A DNA stretch of 64,000 nucleotides from Actinomycetota bacterium (GCA_009886035.1 VFJN01000022.1:28593-92592), one strand, 5' to 3'; positions 1 through 10,877 are shown, numbered from the stretch's first letter. The notes: generated from the letters alone by a model not told the origin. Translations and numbers: made by a program.

Positions 1-1
1 C

Positions 2-1525
2 ATGCACAACGACTACGCCGACCGTAAGAACGGTCGCAAGCCCATTGAGTATTTCCATCCCGATGCCGAGGACCTGCTCGCCGATACCTACGGCCTGATG
101 ATTTACCAAGAACTCATCATGCGGGTGGCGCAACGTTTCGCCGGCTACTCCCTCGCTCAGGCCGACAACCTTCGCAAGGCCATGGGTAAAAAATCGCGTG
201 AGGTCATGGCGAAGGAGAAGGTGGCCTTTGTGCAGGGCGTGGAGGCGACCGGCTACGGCGAGCTGTTGGGCACATCACTGTTCATCACCATCGAGCAGTT
301 CGCCGACTACGCCTTCAACAAGTCGCACAGTTTCGGGTATGGCTTCATCGCCTATCAGACCGCCTACCTCAAGGCTCATTACCCCGCTGAGTTCCTGGCC
401 GCCCTCCTGACGAGTGTGAAGGCCAATCTCGATAAGGCGGCCATTTATCTCTCGGAGTGCCGCACCATGAAGATCCAGGTGCGCGTGCCCGATGTGAATC
501 GGTCGATGGCTGATTTCAGGCCGGTCGTGGGGGTGGCGGACGACGGCGGTGACGAGCGATCCATCGTGTTCGGCATGTCGGCGGTCCGCAACGTGGGCAG
601 CGGTCTGGTGGGTCTGCTCATCACCGAGCGGGAAGCCAACGGGCCGTTCCAGGATTTTTACGATTTCGTGGAACGGGTAGATTTTCAAGTTCTCAACAAG
701 AAGACCATCGAGTCGCTGATCAAGGCAGGGGGGTTCGACAGCCTGGGGCACACGCGTCAGGGATTGCTGAGATCCTTCGAACACATCATCGACTCCACCA
801 TTGCCCGGCGCCGGGAACGCGACATGGGGGTGATGTCGCTCTTCGGTGAGGTCGAGGACGCCGGCGAGATGTTCGACGAGCGACCGCCGATCCCCACGGT
901 GGAGTTTGGCAAGCGGGAACGATTGAGTTTCGAGAAGGAGATGCTGGGCCTTTACGTCAGCGACCATCCGCTGATGGGGGCCGAGGCGTCACTGCGTCGT
1001 CGCACCGATGGGACGCTGGCCGCCTTGGCCGACGTACCCGACGGGCACATCTTGACTTTCGGCGGGGTACTCACGAGCCTGCAGCGGAAATGGACGAAGA
1101 AGGGCGATCTGATGGCGGTGTTTGTGCTGGAGGATCTGCAGAGTTCGGTTGAGGTGATGGTGTTCCCCAAGTCGATGGCGGAGCACGGCCACAAGTTGAA
1201 CGAAGATGCCATCGTCGTGGTGAAGGCGCGCGTCGATGCCCGTGATGATCAACCCAAGTTGATCGCCATGGACATCGAGATCTTCGAGCCGATGTCGGGG
1301 GAGGGGTTTCCGCTGCAGGTGAAAGTGGCGGCGGCGGCGGTGTCGGAGGCGTTGATCGAAGAACTCAAGCGCGTTCTGACGGCCTATCCGGGGCAGTCTC
1401 CGGTGCTCTTGCATCTCGGTGACCGACAGGTTCTGCGGCTCCCGGAGGCTTGGACAGTGGAGGTGGTGCCCCCCCTGCTGGCGGAGTTGCGGGTGATGCT
1501 GGGAGCGAACGCCATCGTGGCCTGA
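2..1525 (+). CDS. dnaE: DNA polymerase III alpha subunit, C-terminal ~507 aa (gene starts upstream of the window)
   Basis: ORF is open to the window edge. Translation carries DnaE-type motifs (FNKSHSFGYGFIAYQTAYLKAHYPAEF; OB-fold-like tail LTFGGVLTSLQRKWTKKGDLMAVFVLEDL). Confidence 0.9.
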   Translation: MHNDYADRKNGRKPIEYFHPDAEDLLADTYGLMIYQELIMRVAQRFAGYSLAQADNLRKAMGKKSREVMAKEKVAFVQGVEATGYGELLGTSLFITIEQFADYAFNKSHSFGYGFIAYQTAYLKAHYPAEFLAALLTSVKANLDKAAIYLSECRTMKIQVRVPDVNRSMADFRPVVGVADDGGDERSIVFGMSAVRNVGSGLVGLLITEREANGPFQDFYDFVERVDFQVLNKKTIESLIKAGGFDSLGHTRQGLLRSFEHIIDSTIARRRERDMGVMSLFGEVEDAGEMFDERPPIPTVEFGKRERLSFEKEMLGLYVSDHPLMGAEASLRRRTDGTLAALADVPDGHILTFGGVLTSLQRKWTKKGDLMAVFVLEDLQSSVEVMVFPKSMAEHGHKLNEDAIVVVKARVDARDDQPKLIAMDIEIFEPMSGEGFPLQVKVAAAAVSEALIEELKRVLTAYPGQSPVLLHLGDRQVLRLPEAWTVEVVPPLLAELRVMLGANAIVA

Positions 1526-1663
1526 GGGGCGTCCTGACCCGCTGGTCACGCCTGCTGAGCAGGTTGTTTGCCGGTGGGAGTTACGGCGTCGAATTGCGTT
1601 TGTCGGCCGCGTCTACTGGACTGTGGGGGTCGAACCACGAGGTTTCTGGGGGCAGGCAAGAGA

Positions 1664-2332
1664 ATGTCGATCCAGGTCGAAACTAAAGATTGCACCGCAC
1701 TGGGAGATGCCGAACTGGCGGAGTTGGCCGATCTGTGCGCCGAGGGTCCGATTCCCTACGAGGCCGGACTACTCTCCAAGCAGGTTGAGGCCTGGGTGCT
1801 GGTGACCCAGGCCCGAGAGAACGGCAAGCTCAAAGGCTTTGCCTTCTCCACCCTCGAGCGCATTGGCGGTACGCCGGCCGTGCTGGTGGGACTGGCGTCA
1901 GTGAAGCGCGGCGCCAAGCGCGACACCGTGCTGCGCGCCATCATGCACGACGAGTTGCGGCGAGCCGTGTTGGCCTTCCCCGACGAAGACGTTCTGGTGG
2001 GGACGCGTTTCATCGTCCCGTCGGGTTTCGATGCGTTGAGGACGCTCAACGATGTCGTGCCCCGTCCCGACCACAAGGCGAGCGGCGAGGAGCGGGCCTG
2101 GGGTCGGCGTCTGGCCAAGCGGTTCGGGGTGAGCACTGCCTCCTACGACGATCGCACCTTCACCGCCACGGGCACCGGGTCGCACCCTGAGGTGTTCGAC
2201 CACGACAGCCTCAAGCCCGCCGCCATTCCGGCCGGGGTGGTGGCGTTGTTCAAGGGGTTCAACCTCAAGCGGGGCGACTCGCTCGTGGCCTTCGGCTGGG
2301 CCATGGCCGAAGACCTCGCCAAACTGAGCTGA
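1664..2332 (+). CDS. hypothetical protein (family not recognised; vaguely acyltransferase-like N-terminus)
   Basis: ATG at 1664 inside track ORF 1568..2332, with a purine-rich stretch upstream. GC3-rich codon usage consistent with coding. No diagnostic motif seen. Confidence 0.45.
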   Translation: MSIQVETKDCTALGDAELAELADLCAEGPIPYEAGLLSKQVEAWVLVTQARENGKLKGFAFSTLERIGGTPAVLVGLASVKRGAKRDTVLRAIMHDELRRAVLAFPDEDVLVGTRFIVPSGFDALRTLNDVVPRPDHKASGEERAWGRRLAKRFGVSTASYDDRTFTATGTGSHPEVFDHDSLKPAAIPAGVVALFKGFNLKRGDSLVAFGWAMAEDLAKLS

Positions 2333-2339
2333 TTCGCTC

Positions 2340-2939
2340 TTGGACCTGAGCGACGCCGTTCGCCGGCGTCGCATGGTGCGGGCCTTTACCCCCGAGACCA
2401 TCGACCCGAGGGTGGTCGATGGCCTCATCGACTTGGCCCGGCGCGCCCCATCGGCCGGGAACAGTCAGGGGTGGGCGTTCGTCGTGCTGGAAGGGGCGAC
2501 CCAGACCGATCGCTACTGGGATGTCACCCTGCCCCCGGAGCGACGGGTCGGTTTTCGCTGGCCCGGTCTGGTGGCCGCCCCGGTGCTCATCGTGGCCCTC
2601 GTGAGGCCCGATGCATGGGTCGACCGGTACGCCGAGCCCGACAAGGCGTCGGCGGGCCGGGGGGGCAGTGGGCAGGAGTGGCCGGTGCCCTTCTGGTGGG
2701 TGGATGCCGGCATGGCGGTGGAGCATCTGTTGCTGGGGGTGGTTGAGGCCGGTCTGGGGGCCTGCTTCTTCGGTCTGTTCGACCATGAGGAGGCCGTCCT
2801 GGCGGCCCTGGGGGTGCCCGAGGGATGGCGGGCCGTGGGTGCGGTCGCCCTCGGGCATCCGGCGCCGGATCGGCCGGGCCGTTCCCAGGGTCGGGGCCGT
2901 CGGCCGCTCGGCGACATCCTGCACCGCGGCGCCTGGTAG
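2340..2939 (+). CDS. nitroreductase family protein
   Basis: TTG start. N-terminus AVRRRRMVRAFTPE...RAPSAGNSQGW is typical of the nitroreductase fold. Confidence 0.8.
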   Translation: MDLSDAVRRRRMVRAFTPETIDPRVVDGLIDLARRAPSAGNSQGWAFVVLEGATQTDRYWDVTLPPERRVGFRWPGLVAAPVLIVALVRPDAWVDRYAEPDKASAGRGGSGQEWPVPFWWVDAGMAVEHLLLGVVEAGLGACFFGLFDHEEAVLAALGVPEGWRAVGAVALGHPAPDRPGRSQGRGRRPLGDILHRGAW

Positions 2940-2966
2940 CCGCCTCGCCCGATCCGGCCTCACCCC

Positions 2967-4007
2967 ATGCCGGTCGGGTCGCCCGATAAGGTCCCCGCCG
3001 TGGGAGACCTGACGAACCGTCGTGTCGTGTTGGCTCAACGTCCCGAGGGCTTGGTGACCGAAGACGACTTCAGTCACGACGAGGTGGATGTGGCCGATCT
3101 GGCCGCCGGCGAGGTATTGGTGCAGACCGAGTACATCGGCATCGACGCCACCGTCCGCACCTGGCTGTCGAAAGCAGAGGGCTACATCCCCCCGGTCGAG
3201 ATCGGGGAAGTGGTGCGAAGCAGCGGCATCGGCCGCGTGGTGGCGTCGCGCAGCGATCGTGTCGGCGAAGGAACCTTGGTCTCCACGCTCACCGGATGGC
3301 AGGAGTACGCCGTGGTGAGCGACGATCCGATGCTCACCACGCCCCTGGCCGAAGGGATCGACCCCCTGGCGGCTCTCGGTGTGTTTGGCGCCAACGGTCT
3401 TACCGCCTATGTGGGCCTTACCGAGATCGGGCGGGTGGCCCAGGGCGAGACGGTGGTCGTGTCGGCCGCCGCGGGGGCCACGGGATCCATCGCCGTGCAG
3501 ATTGCCAAGATCATGGGGTGCCGGGTGATCGGGATCACCGGAACCGATGAGAAGGCCGCCTGGCTGGTGGAGGGCCTCGGGATCGACGGTGCCATCAACC
3601 ACCACACCGGGGATGTCCCCGCCGAACTGCGGGCGCTGTGTCCCCAGCGGGTGGATGTGTTCTTCGATAACACCGGTGGCCCGATCCTCGAGGCCGTACT
3701 CGGCCGTCTGGCCGATCACGCTCGCGTGGTTCTCTGTGGGGCCATCTCCTCCTACAACGACCTCTTCAAGCCGCCCGGCCCGGCCAACTACCTCAACCTC
3801 ATCGCCCGGCGGGCCCGCATGGAGGGCTTCATCTCCTGGGACTCCTGGGGCCGTTACGCCGAAATCATGGACACGCTGGGGGGCTGGGTGGCCGATGGGC
3901 GTCTGGAGCACCGCAGCCACATCTTCGAGGGCCTCGCCTCGGCCCCTCGGGCACTCAACGCGATGTTCCTCGGTGAGAACATCGGCAAGATCGTGGTCCG
4001 GGTCTGA
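2967..4007 (+). CDS. NADP-dependent oxidoreductase, medium-chain reductase family (YncB/CurA/PTGR-like)
   Basis: Rossmann motif VSAAAGATGSIAVQIAKIMGCRVIGITG and C-terminal MFLGENIGKIVVRV typical of this family. Confidence 0.8.
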   Translation: MPVGSPDKVPAVGDLTNRRVVLAQRPEGLVTEDDFSHDEVDVADLAAGEVLVQTEYIGIDATVRTWLSKAEGYIPPVEIGEVVRSSGIGRVVASRSDRVGEGTLVSTLTGWQEYAVVSDDPMLTTPLAEGIDPLAALGVFGANGLTAYVGLTEIGRVAQGETVVVSAAAGATGSIAVQIAKIMGCRVIGITGTDEKAAWLVEGLGIDGAINHHTGDVPAELRALCPQRVDVFFDNTGGPILEAVLGRLADHARVVLCGAISSYNDLFKPPGPANYLNLIARRARMEGFISWDSWGRYAEIMDTLGGWVADGRLEHRSHIFEGLASAPRALNAMFLGENIGKIVVRV

Positions 4008-4041
4008 TCCACCCGGGTAGATCGGCGGCGGCTCAGCGGGG

Positions 4042-6018
4042 TCAGGGGATGAGTTGGGCGGTCAGGGCGGTGGCGTCGTCGGCGGGTAGCCCGCAGGTGT
4101 AGCGCCGACAGACGTAGGCGCGATTCTCCTCCCGGCCCTCCCACAGCGGAGAGTCGTAGCGCTCCCCCCACGCCAGCACGGCACCGGGGAGGTACCGGGC
4201 CCGGGCGGCCGCCACCAGGTCGGGACGGTGGCCGGGGATCACGATCTCGGTGGTCCCCCGGACGAGGAGATCCACCGCCGCCAGCACCGCGCCGAAGGCC
4301 GTGGGTTGGGCTACCGCCAGGGGGCCCAGGAGGGCCACGATGGCCTCGGCACCGGCCTGGTAGGGCTCGTGGCCGGTGAGGGCCGCCAGGCGGAGCAATC
4401 CCACCGCGGCGAGGCCATTGGCGCCCGGGGTGGCGTTGTCCATCAGGTCCTTCGTGCGGGTGATGAGGGCCTCGGCATCGTGGCCCGTGGTGAACACACC
4501 GCCGCGTTCCTCATCCCAGAACAGATCGATCAACGCATCGGCCACCCGGCGCGCCTCGGCGATCCAGCGGGCTTCGCCGGTGGCCTCCGCCAAGCGGGTG
4601 AAGGCATCGATGAGCGCCCCGTGATCGGTGGCGTAGGCGAGGTGATGGGCTCCCGCATCGGCCTGCCAGGACCGCAGCCATCGTCCATCGGGCCGTCGCA
4701 GATGGGCGAGGAGGAACTCGGCCGTTTCCACCGCGGCGGCCACCCAGGACGGCTCATCGCAGGCCGCCCCAGCCTCCGCCAGTGCGGCCACGAGATATGC
4801 GTTCCATTCGGTGAGGACCTTGTCGTCGAGGCCGGGGCGCACCCGGGTGGCACGCGCATCGAACAACGCCTGTCGCGAGGTTTCGATCTCGACGGGCCGA
4901 TCGAGCACCCCGCGGGCGTGCATCCGGTTCAGGATGCTCGTGTTGTGCTCAAAGTTGCCGGGAGCCTCGACGCCGTAGAAGGCAATGGCGGCATCGGCAT
5001 CCTCACCCAGCACGTCGCGTATTTGCTCGGGGGTCCACACATAGAACCGGCCCTCTTCACCTTCGCTGTCGGCATCCTCCGCCGAACTCGTGCCGCCACC
5101 GGGCTGGCGCAGTTCGGTGAGGGTGTAGTTGATCGTCTCGGTGAGGGTCTGTAAGAACCGGGGCTCGGCGGTGAGCAACCAGCCGTGGAGATAGAGGCGG
5201 ATCAACAGAGCGTTGTCGTAGAGCATCTTCTCGAAATGGGGCACCAGCCACACATTGTCCACCGCGTAGCGGGAGAATCCGCCGCCGAGATGGTCGTAGA
5301 TGCCGCCGGCGGCCATGGCATCGAGACTGGTGGTGAGAGCGACGAGAGCCGCCGTGTCGCCGCGGGCAGCGGCCGCCGCCAGTACCTCTTGGGCCATCGG
5401 TTGGGGAAACTTGGGCGCGTGACCCAGGCCCCCCCAGTGCGGATCACTGGCGGTCAAGAGGTGGGCGACGGCTCCGTCGAGGTCGGCCACGGTGGGCCGG
5501 TCTCCAGTGGGTTCCAGCAGAGCCGAGCGTCCGAGGGCGTTGGTGAGTTGATCGGCTTGCTCGAGGAGTTCCGGTCGCCGGGTTTGCCACAGTTCGTCGA
5601 TCCTTTCGCACAACTCAACGAAGCCGATCATGCCGCCGCGTCGCTCCTTGGGAAAGTACGTTCCCGCGAAGAAGGGCCGGCCATCGGGGGTACAGATCAC
5701 CGTCATCGGCCAGCCGCCGCTGCCGGTCATGGCCTGCGTGGCCTCCATGTAGATGTCGTCCACATCGGGCCGCTCCTCGCGGTCCACCTTCACGTTCACG
5801 AATCGCTCGTTCATCACCGCCGCTACCGCCGGATCCTCGAAACTCTCATGGGCCATCACGTGGCACCAGTGGCACGCCGAGTAGCCGATCGATAGGAGAA
5901 TCGGTTGATCCCGTTGGGCGGCCATGGCGAAGGCTTCATCCCCCCAGGGGTACCAGTCCACGGGGTTGTCGGCATGCTGGCGGAGGTACGGGCTGGTCTC
6001 AGTGGCGAGGCGGTTCAC
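4042..6018 (-). CDS. thioredoxin-domain protein of the YyaL/SSP411 (DUF255) family
   Basis: N-terminus [23 protein letters not shown]...[19 protein letters not shown] is the family signature. Length 658 aa fits. Confidence 0.85.
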   Translation of the reverse strand: MNRLATETSPYLRQHADNPVDWYPWGDEAFAMAAQRDQPILLSIGYSACHWCHVMAHESFEDPAVAAVMNERFVNVKVDREERPDVDDIYMEATQAMTGSGGWPMTVICTPDGRPFFAGTYFPKERRGGMIGFVELCERIDELWQTRRPELLEQADQLTNALGRSALLEPTGDRPTVADLDGAVAHLLTASDPHWGGLGHAPKFPQPMAQEVLAAAAARGDTAALVALTTSLDAMAAGGIYDHLGGGFSRYAVDNVWLVPHFEKMLYDNALLIRLYLHGWLLTAEPRFLQTLTETINYTLTELRQPGGGTSSAEDADSEGEEGRFYVWTPEQIRDVLGEDADAAIAFYGVEAPGNFEHNTSILNRMHARGVLDRPVEIETSRQALFDARATRVRPGLDDKVLTEWNAYLVAALAEAGAACDEPSWVAAAVETAEFLLAHLRRPDGRWLRSWQADAGAHHLAYATDHGALIDAFTRLAEATGEARWIAEARRVADALIDLFWDEERGGVFTTGHDAEALITRTKDLMDNATPGANGLAAVGLLRLAALTGHEPYQAGAEAIVALLGPLAVAQPTAFGAVLAAVDLLVRGTTEIVIPGHRPDLVAAARARYLPGAVLAWGERYDSPLWEGREENRAYVCRRYTCGLPADDATALTAQLIP

Positions 6019-6060
6019 CTGCCCACCTTAGGAACCCGTGGCGCACGGTACGGTCCTGGG

Positions 6061-6816
6061 GTGGAAATCTCTTTAGAAGGACGGGTCGCTCTCATCACCG
6101 GGGCATCACGCGGTATCGGCAAAGCCATCGCTCGGGCCTACGCCGATGCGGGTGCCTCGGTGCTCCTCACGTCGCGCAAGTTACCCGATCTCGTCGCCGC
6201 CGCCGCCGACATCGGTGGCGACGTGGAGGTGATGGCCGCCAACGCTGGTGACCCCGATCAGGCCGAAGCGGCGGTGGAACACTGCGTGCGCCGCTTCGGG
6301 GGCATTGACATCTTGGTGAACAACGCCGCCACCAATCCCTACAGCGGTCCCACTATGGATATCGATCTGCCTCGATACGACAAGACCTTCGAGGTGAACC
6401 TGCGCGGCCCACTGGTGTGGACGCAGTTCGCCTACCGGCGGTCGTTAGCGCAGCGGGGTGGATCGGTGCTCAATATCGCGTCGGTGGGGGGCCTGTCGGT
6501 GGAACCCACGATCGGGATCTACAACGCCACCAAGGCCGCCCTGGTGCACCTCACTCGCACCATGGCCGCCGAGTTGGCCCCGAAGGTGCGGGTCAACGCC
6601 ATTGCCCCCGGATTGGTGAAGACCGACATGGCCCGGGCGCTCTGGGAGCCGAACGAGGCGCGTATCGCGGCCTCTATGCCCTTGGGCCGTCTTGGCGAGC
6701 CGGTCGACATCGCCAATGCTGCGCTCTTTCTGGCCAGTGATTTGGCGTCGTGGATCACGGGCCACGTCATGGTGGTAGACGGCGGCGCGTTGTTGGGTCC
6801 GGCGGCCCGCCGGTAA
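6061..6816 (+). CDS. SDR family oxidoreductase
   Basis: GTG at 6061 placed after the end of the divergent upstream gene. TGASRGIGKAIA cofactor motif, NNAA, and the YxxxK region (YNATKAAL). Confidence 0.8.
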   Translation: MEISLEGRVALITGASRGIGKAIARAYADAGASVLLTSRKLPDLVAAAADIGGDVEVMAANAGDPDQAEAAVEHCVRRFGGIDILVNNAATNPYSGPTMDIDLPRYDKTFEVNLRGPLVWTQFAYRRSLAQRGGSVLNIASVGGLSVEPTIGIYNATKAALVHLTRTMAAELAPKVRVNAIAPGLVKTDMARALWEPNEARIAASMPLGRLGEPVDIANAALFLASDLASWITGHVMVVDGGALLGPAARR

Positions 6817-7891
6817 TCGTCGGCGCCGCCTGCAGGGCGGCCCGGATGATCTTGCCGTTAGGGGTGCGGGGCAAGGCGGCCACGATCTCCGTCGAGCGGG
6901 GGGCGGCGGCGGCGGGGAGCCACTGCTTCACGTGCTGGCGGAGTTGGTGCAGGGTCGGCGGATCGCCGGCCTCGACGGGCACCACCACGGCGACCACCTG
7001 GGCTCCCCACTCGGGGTCGGGGCGACCCACCACCGCTACCTCAGCCACCTTCGGGTGGCGGAGCAGGGCCTCTTCCACCGCCACGGGCCACACGTTCTCA
7101 CCGCCGGTGATGATCAGGTCACTCCCGCGCCCGTACACGCTGAGGATGCCGTTGGTGAGGCTGCCCATGTCGCCGGTGGGTAACCAGCCGTGGGCATCCT
7201 TGGGGTCATGTCCGTCGCGGTAGGCCCGCAGCAGCATGGCCGCCCGCACCTGCACCTCGCCGGCGGGGCTGATGCGCAGTTCCACCCCCTCGAGGGGTAC
7301 CCCGTCGTACACCACCCCGCTGCCCGTCTCGGTCATCCCATAGGTGGCGATGACATTCGGCGGGCGCTCCTCGGGCACGGCCTGCCCACCCACGAGGATG
7401 GTTCGGAACCGGCCCGGATCCACGCGGCTCAGGGTGGTTGGAACCAGCGCCGTGAGGGTGCAACCGTCGGCGGCCGCTTGCCCTACCGCCGCGGCATCGA
7501 AGCGGGGTTGCAGGGTGAGGGGCGTGGTGGTGAGCAGGGCCCGGGTGACCACCGACAACCCGCCGATGTGGGCGAGGGGAAGACAGGCCAGCCAACGGTC
7601 GCGAGCGGGATCCACCTCCAACCGACGGCTGATGGCGCTCGCCGAGGCCGCCAGGGCGGCATGGGTGAGCATGGCCACACGGGGCGCGCCGGTGGTCCCG
7701 CTGGTGGCCATGGCCAACGCGTCGCCCGGTTCGCAGGGTTCGGCGAGGCGGGCGGCGTCCAGGATCGCGGCGCGGAGGGGGGGCGGCCACCGGGGATCGA
7801 CCGGCAGGATCGCATTGCCGTCGTCCCAGGCCCGGCGGAGGCCGTTGAGGAACGTGGGGTCATCGGTATCGAGCACCACCAGGCGGGCCAT
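6767..7891 (-). CDS. menE: o-succinylbenzoate--CoA ligase (short actinobacterial type AMP-binding enzyme)
   Basis: ATG at 7891 (MARLVVLD...). AMP-binding motifs TSGTTGAPR, YGMTE and PRTPNGKI. Divergent from menA. The 3' end overlaps the convergent SDR gene by about 50 nt. Confidence 0.7.
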   Translation of the reverse strand: MARLVVLDTDDPTFLNGLRRAWDDGNAILPVDPRWPPPLRAAILDAARLAEPCEPGDALAMATSGTTGAPRVAMLTHAALAASASAISRRLEVDPARDRWLACLPLAHIGGLSVVTRALLTTTPLTLQPRFDAAAVGQAAADGCTLTALVPTTLSRVDPGRFRTILVGGQAVPEERPPNVIATYGMTETGSGVVYDGVPLEGVELRISPAGEVQVRAAMLLRAYRDGHDPKDAHGWLPTGDMGSLTNGILSVYGRGSDLIITGGENVWPVAVEEALLRHPKVAEVAVVGRPDPEWGAQVVAVVVPVEAGDPPTLHQLRQHVKQWLPAAAAPRSTEIVAALPRTPNGKIIRAALQAAPTITGGPPDPTTRRRLPP

Positions 7892-7933
7892 GGCTGGCAG
7901 GCTACGGACTCCTGGGTGAGACTCGTCGATGTC

Positions 7934-8848
7934 ATGACTGCTGCCGCCTCGCCGTCCCCGCCGGTGGGCTGGCGTTGTTGGGTGGCCGGGGCCCGCCCTC
8001 GCACCCTTCCCGCCGCGATCGTGCCGGTGCTCGTAGGCACCGCGTGCGCCGTCGGGGTGGCGGAGATACATGGGTGGCGGGCGGTCGCCGCCGGGGTAGT
8101 AGCCCTCGGGCTCCAGATCGGCACGAACTTCGCCAACGATTACAGCGACGGGGTGCGAGGTACCGACGATCCCGCCGAGCGGGTGGGTCCGGTGCGTCTG
8201 GTGGGCTGGGGGATCAAACCGGCCGCCGCCGTGAAGCGAGCCGCCCTGGTGTCTTTTCTCGTCGCCATGGCGGCCGGCCTGGCGCTGGCGGTGGCAGTGG
8301 GCCCCGAGTTGGTGCTCGTCGGCGCGGCGTCGGTGGCCGCAGGATGGTTCTACACCGGTGGTTCGCGGCCCTACGGCTACTACGGATTCGGGGAAGTGTT
8401 CGTGTTCGTGTTTTTCGGACTGGTAGCCACGGTTGGCTCGGCCTATGTGCAGACGGGGTACCTCACTGGCCTTTCAGCGGTGGCCGCGCTGCCGGTGGGT
8501 CTCCTCGCCACTGCTTTGTTGGTGGTCAACAACCTGCGGGACATCCCCGGCGACAGCCGCTCAGGTAAGAGAACCCTCGCGGTGCGCCTCGGTGATCGCC
8601 GCACTCGTGTGCTCTACGTGGGTTTGCTCGTGCTGGCGTTCATGGCCGTGCCGTTGGTGGCTGGTGGTTTCGGGCGAGGTCCGGCGGCGGCGGCGTTGGT
8701 GGGCATCGTGCTGGCCCGCCCACCGGTAGTGCGAGTGCTGGAAGGGGCTCGCGGGGTGGCGCTGATTCCGGTGCTGGGCGCCACTGGGCGCGTGCAGTTG
8801 GTCACCGGCGTGCTGCTCGCCGCCGGTCTCTGGATTGGCGCTCCCTAG
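7934..8848 (+). CDS. menA: 1,4-dihydroxy-2-naphthoate polyprenyltransferase
   Basis: ATG at 7934 inside the long track ORF 7190..8848. UbiA-family motifs [14 protein letters not shown] and NNLRDIPGD. Polytopic membrane profile. Confidence 0.85.
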   Translation: MTAAASPSPPVGWRCWVAGARPRTLPAAIVPVLVGTACAVGVAEIHGWRAVAAGVVALGLQIGTNFANDYSDGVRGTDDPAERVGPVRLVGWGIKPAAAVKRAALVSFLVAMAAGLALAVAVGPELVLVGAASVAAGWFYTGGSRPYGYYGFGEVFVFVFFGLVATVGSAYVQTGYLTGLSAVAALPVGLLATALLVVNNLRDIPGDSRSGKRTLAVRLGDRRTRVLYVGLLVLAFMAVPLVAGGFGRGPAAAALVGIVLARPPVVRVLEGARGVALIPVLGATGRVQLVTGVLLAAGLWIGAP

Positions 8849-9061
8849 AACCTCCGCCGGGGTGGGAGTTTCTCACGCTGCGGTCTTTCGGGAATGGTTC
8901 GTCCGGTTACGGTCAGCCAGAGATCAAACACGGTGGAACCCCGCCGCCGTGCTGATCACCTTCGAACCTGTCCGGAACCAGAGCAGAGCGCCACGGTGGC
9001 CGATGGTTCGCTCCGCGCATCTTCGGGCTCAACTCGAGCATGGATCCGATCCGATCCACGA

Positions 9062-9397
9062 TCACGAATCCGCCGGGCCGGCTTTGAGGTAGGCCGCGAA
9101 GCCGGGGCATTCCGTCTTGGCGCGGAGGACGGCGGCATCGAGCGCCTTGGTTACCTCCGGCGGGGGTGATTCACCGGAGGTAAAGTCGATGCCTTGCAGG
9201 GCTGAGACACCGGCTTCCTCCACCACGATGGTGACGTAGCAGTCGGCCACCTCCTTACTGAATCCGGCGTTGTCGTCGCGCTGCAGCATTGCGGAAAGCT
9301 GGTCCTTGAGAGCTGCTGCCTGTTTCTCGTCACGGTCGCTCGTGCTGCTGCAGGCCGACAGGGCGAGGGCCACGGACACGACGACAGCCATGCCCAT
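9062..9397 (-). CDS. putative secreted lipoprotein, unknown function
   Basis: Start chosen at MGMAVVVSVALALSAC (lipobox L-S-A-C). Paralogous pattern with the neighbouring lipoprotein. Confidence 0.55.
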   Translation of the reverse strand: MGMAVVVSVALALSACSSTSDRDEKQAAALKDQLSAMLQRDDNAGFSKEVADCYVTIVVEEAGVSALQGIDFTSGESPPPEVTKALDAAVLRAKTECPGFAAYLKAGPADS

Positions 9398-9465
9398 GGT
9401 GGGGATAGGAGAGCGGGGGAGGTGGGTCACCGGTAGGAGCCCATCGGCTTTTCCCATCGAGTGGG

Positions 9466-9876
9466 CTAGTTGGTGGCGGATTTGTCGCAGGGACTGGAGC
9501 CCGACTCAACGGAGTCCATCATCGTTTCTCTCATGGCGGTCACGAAGGCTTCTTGGGTCGCCGCATCCGGAGAATTGTTCTCCAATCCGTCGATATCAAT
9601 GTTTTGCCCCTTCAATTTTTTAACTATTTCCTTGGCTAAACAGTCGGCTTCCTCCTTCGTGGAATTTGCCCCACTTTTCTGGATCATGATCGATAATCTG
9701 CCCTCCAGTCCGGTGCCATCCACGTTGTCGCCGGCGGTGGTCTCGGCGGTCTCGCCGGCCTTGGTGGTCGGCGTGGTTGGGTTGGCGGAGGAATCGCTCT
9801 TGCTGCAGGCCGACCCGGCAAAAAGTGCCAGGGCTAGAGCAGCTGCGGTCGCAGCCCGCCGTGGGGTCATGTTCAT
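9466..9876 (-). CDS. putative secreted lipoprotein, unknown function
   Basis: Signal peptide plus lipobox (ALALFAGSAC), followed by a Thr/Pro-rich linker. The region is locally less GC-rich. Confidence 0.6.
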   Translation of the reverse strand: MNMTPRRAATAAALALALFAGSACSKSDSSANPTTPTTKAGETAETTAGDNVDGTGLEGRLSIMIQKSGANSTKEEADCLAKEIVKKLKGQNIDIDGLENNSPDAATQEAFVTAMRETMMDSVESGSSPCDKSATN

Positions 9877-10100
9877 TGAAGAAGCTCCGTTTCATCGCCG
9901 ATTCACGTCGAAGACCGGTTATCTGCGGCCTCAAATGAACGCTAGTGGCTTACTCGCCGCCCGGCGGTGACATCGAAGCCATTGCGTGGGTGCGCTGGGC
10001 AGGGTTGGGCTGTCCGACTGATGTCACCCCGTTCCGGTTGGTGGACGAGAAACGCGTTCATCGGGTTCACCGACGTGCGCCCCGAGCGATCCTCGGGTCC

Positions 10101-10877
10101 TCAGGGGTGCTCGGCGAGCCAGGAGCGCAGGATTGACCGGAAGGCGGCCGGTTGTTCGAGATGGGCGGCATGGCCCGCTTCTGGCACCAAGGCAAGGGTG
10201 GCATTGGCCCCGATTTCGCGGGCCATGCGCTCGGCGAGGGCGGCGAACTTCGCATCGAGCGCCCCGGCCAGCACGAGCACCGGCATGGTCAGGCCCGCCA
10301 GGCGGGACCACGACGGCTCCTGGGCGCCGGTACCGGCCTGCTCCAGGCTCGACACGAGCCCCGCCACGGTGTTCTCCATTCGCTCCGCCCGAAAGGCCCG
10401 CTCGGGCGGCAGACGCGCAAACAACGGTTGGGCCAACCACCACCCCAGGAACTGGTCCAATCCCTCTGTTTCGATACGGCGGGCGGTACGCCCATCGCGC
10501 TCCTGTCGCTCCGCCCGTTGATCGGGATCCTCCAGGCCGGCCGTGCCACCGATCAGGACGAGGCGGCGCACGATAGAGGGGTGGTCCAACGCCAACTGCA
10601 GGCAGAAGCGAGCGCCCATCGAGTACCCCAGGTAGGTGGCCTCGCCGCCCCGGTCGGCGATGAGTTGCGCGCCCGTGGCGAGGCTGGCGCCGACGGCCTG
10701 GGACCGTCCGTGACCGGGGGCATCGACGCGAATGACCTGGTGATCACGAGCGAGATCGTCGGCTTCGGCCCCCCAGCAGCGGCGTGTCTGGGTAAATCCG
10801 TGCACCAGTACGACGCAGGGTCCGGCCCCTTCCTGATCGGCGTACAACTCCACGGCATGGATGCTGGCACACGGCAT
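10101..10877 (-). CDS. menH: alpha/beta hydrolase, probable SHCHC synthase
   Basis: ATG at 10877. HGFTQ oxyanion region and nucleophile elbow GYSMGA. Divergent from menD. The functional call relies on context. Confidence 0.6.
   Translation of the reverse strand: MPCASIHAVELYADQEGAGPCVVLVHGFTQTRRCWGAEADDLARDHQVIRVDAPGHGRSQAVGASLATGAQLIADRGGEATYLGYSMGARFCLQLALDHPSIVRRLVLIGGTAGLEDPDQRAERQERDGRTARRIETEGLDQFLGWWLAQPLFARLPPERAFRAERMENTVAGLVSSLEQAGTGAQEPSWSRLAGLTMPVLVLAGALDAKFAALAERMAREIGANATLALVPEAGHAAHLEQPAAFRSILRSWLAEHP

Noticed and set aside
2265-3920. 551-aa minus-strand ORF spanning the nitroreductase and oxidoreductase genes.
   Set aside because: Arg/Gly/Pro/His-rich low-complexity translation with no motifs. 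It lies antisense to two ORFs with clear family signatures, so it is a typical shadow ORF of high-GC DNA.
7190-7933. In-frame upstream extension of the menA ORF (248 extra codons).
   Set aside because: The extension is antisense to menE and has no UbiA-family similarity. A sensible ATG at 7934 gives a normal-length MenA.
8849-9061. ~210-nt gene-free gap between convergent menA and a lipoprotein gene, containing a short (GATCC)3-like run. Examined for a riboswitch or small RNA.
   Set aside because: I could not recognise any known RNA family or a convincing conserved structure by eye. Testing it would need covariance-model searches (Rfam/Infernal).
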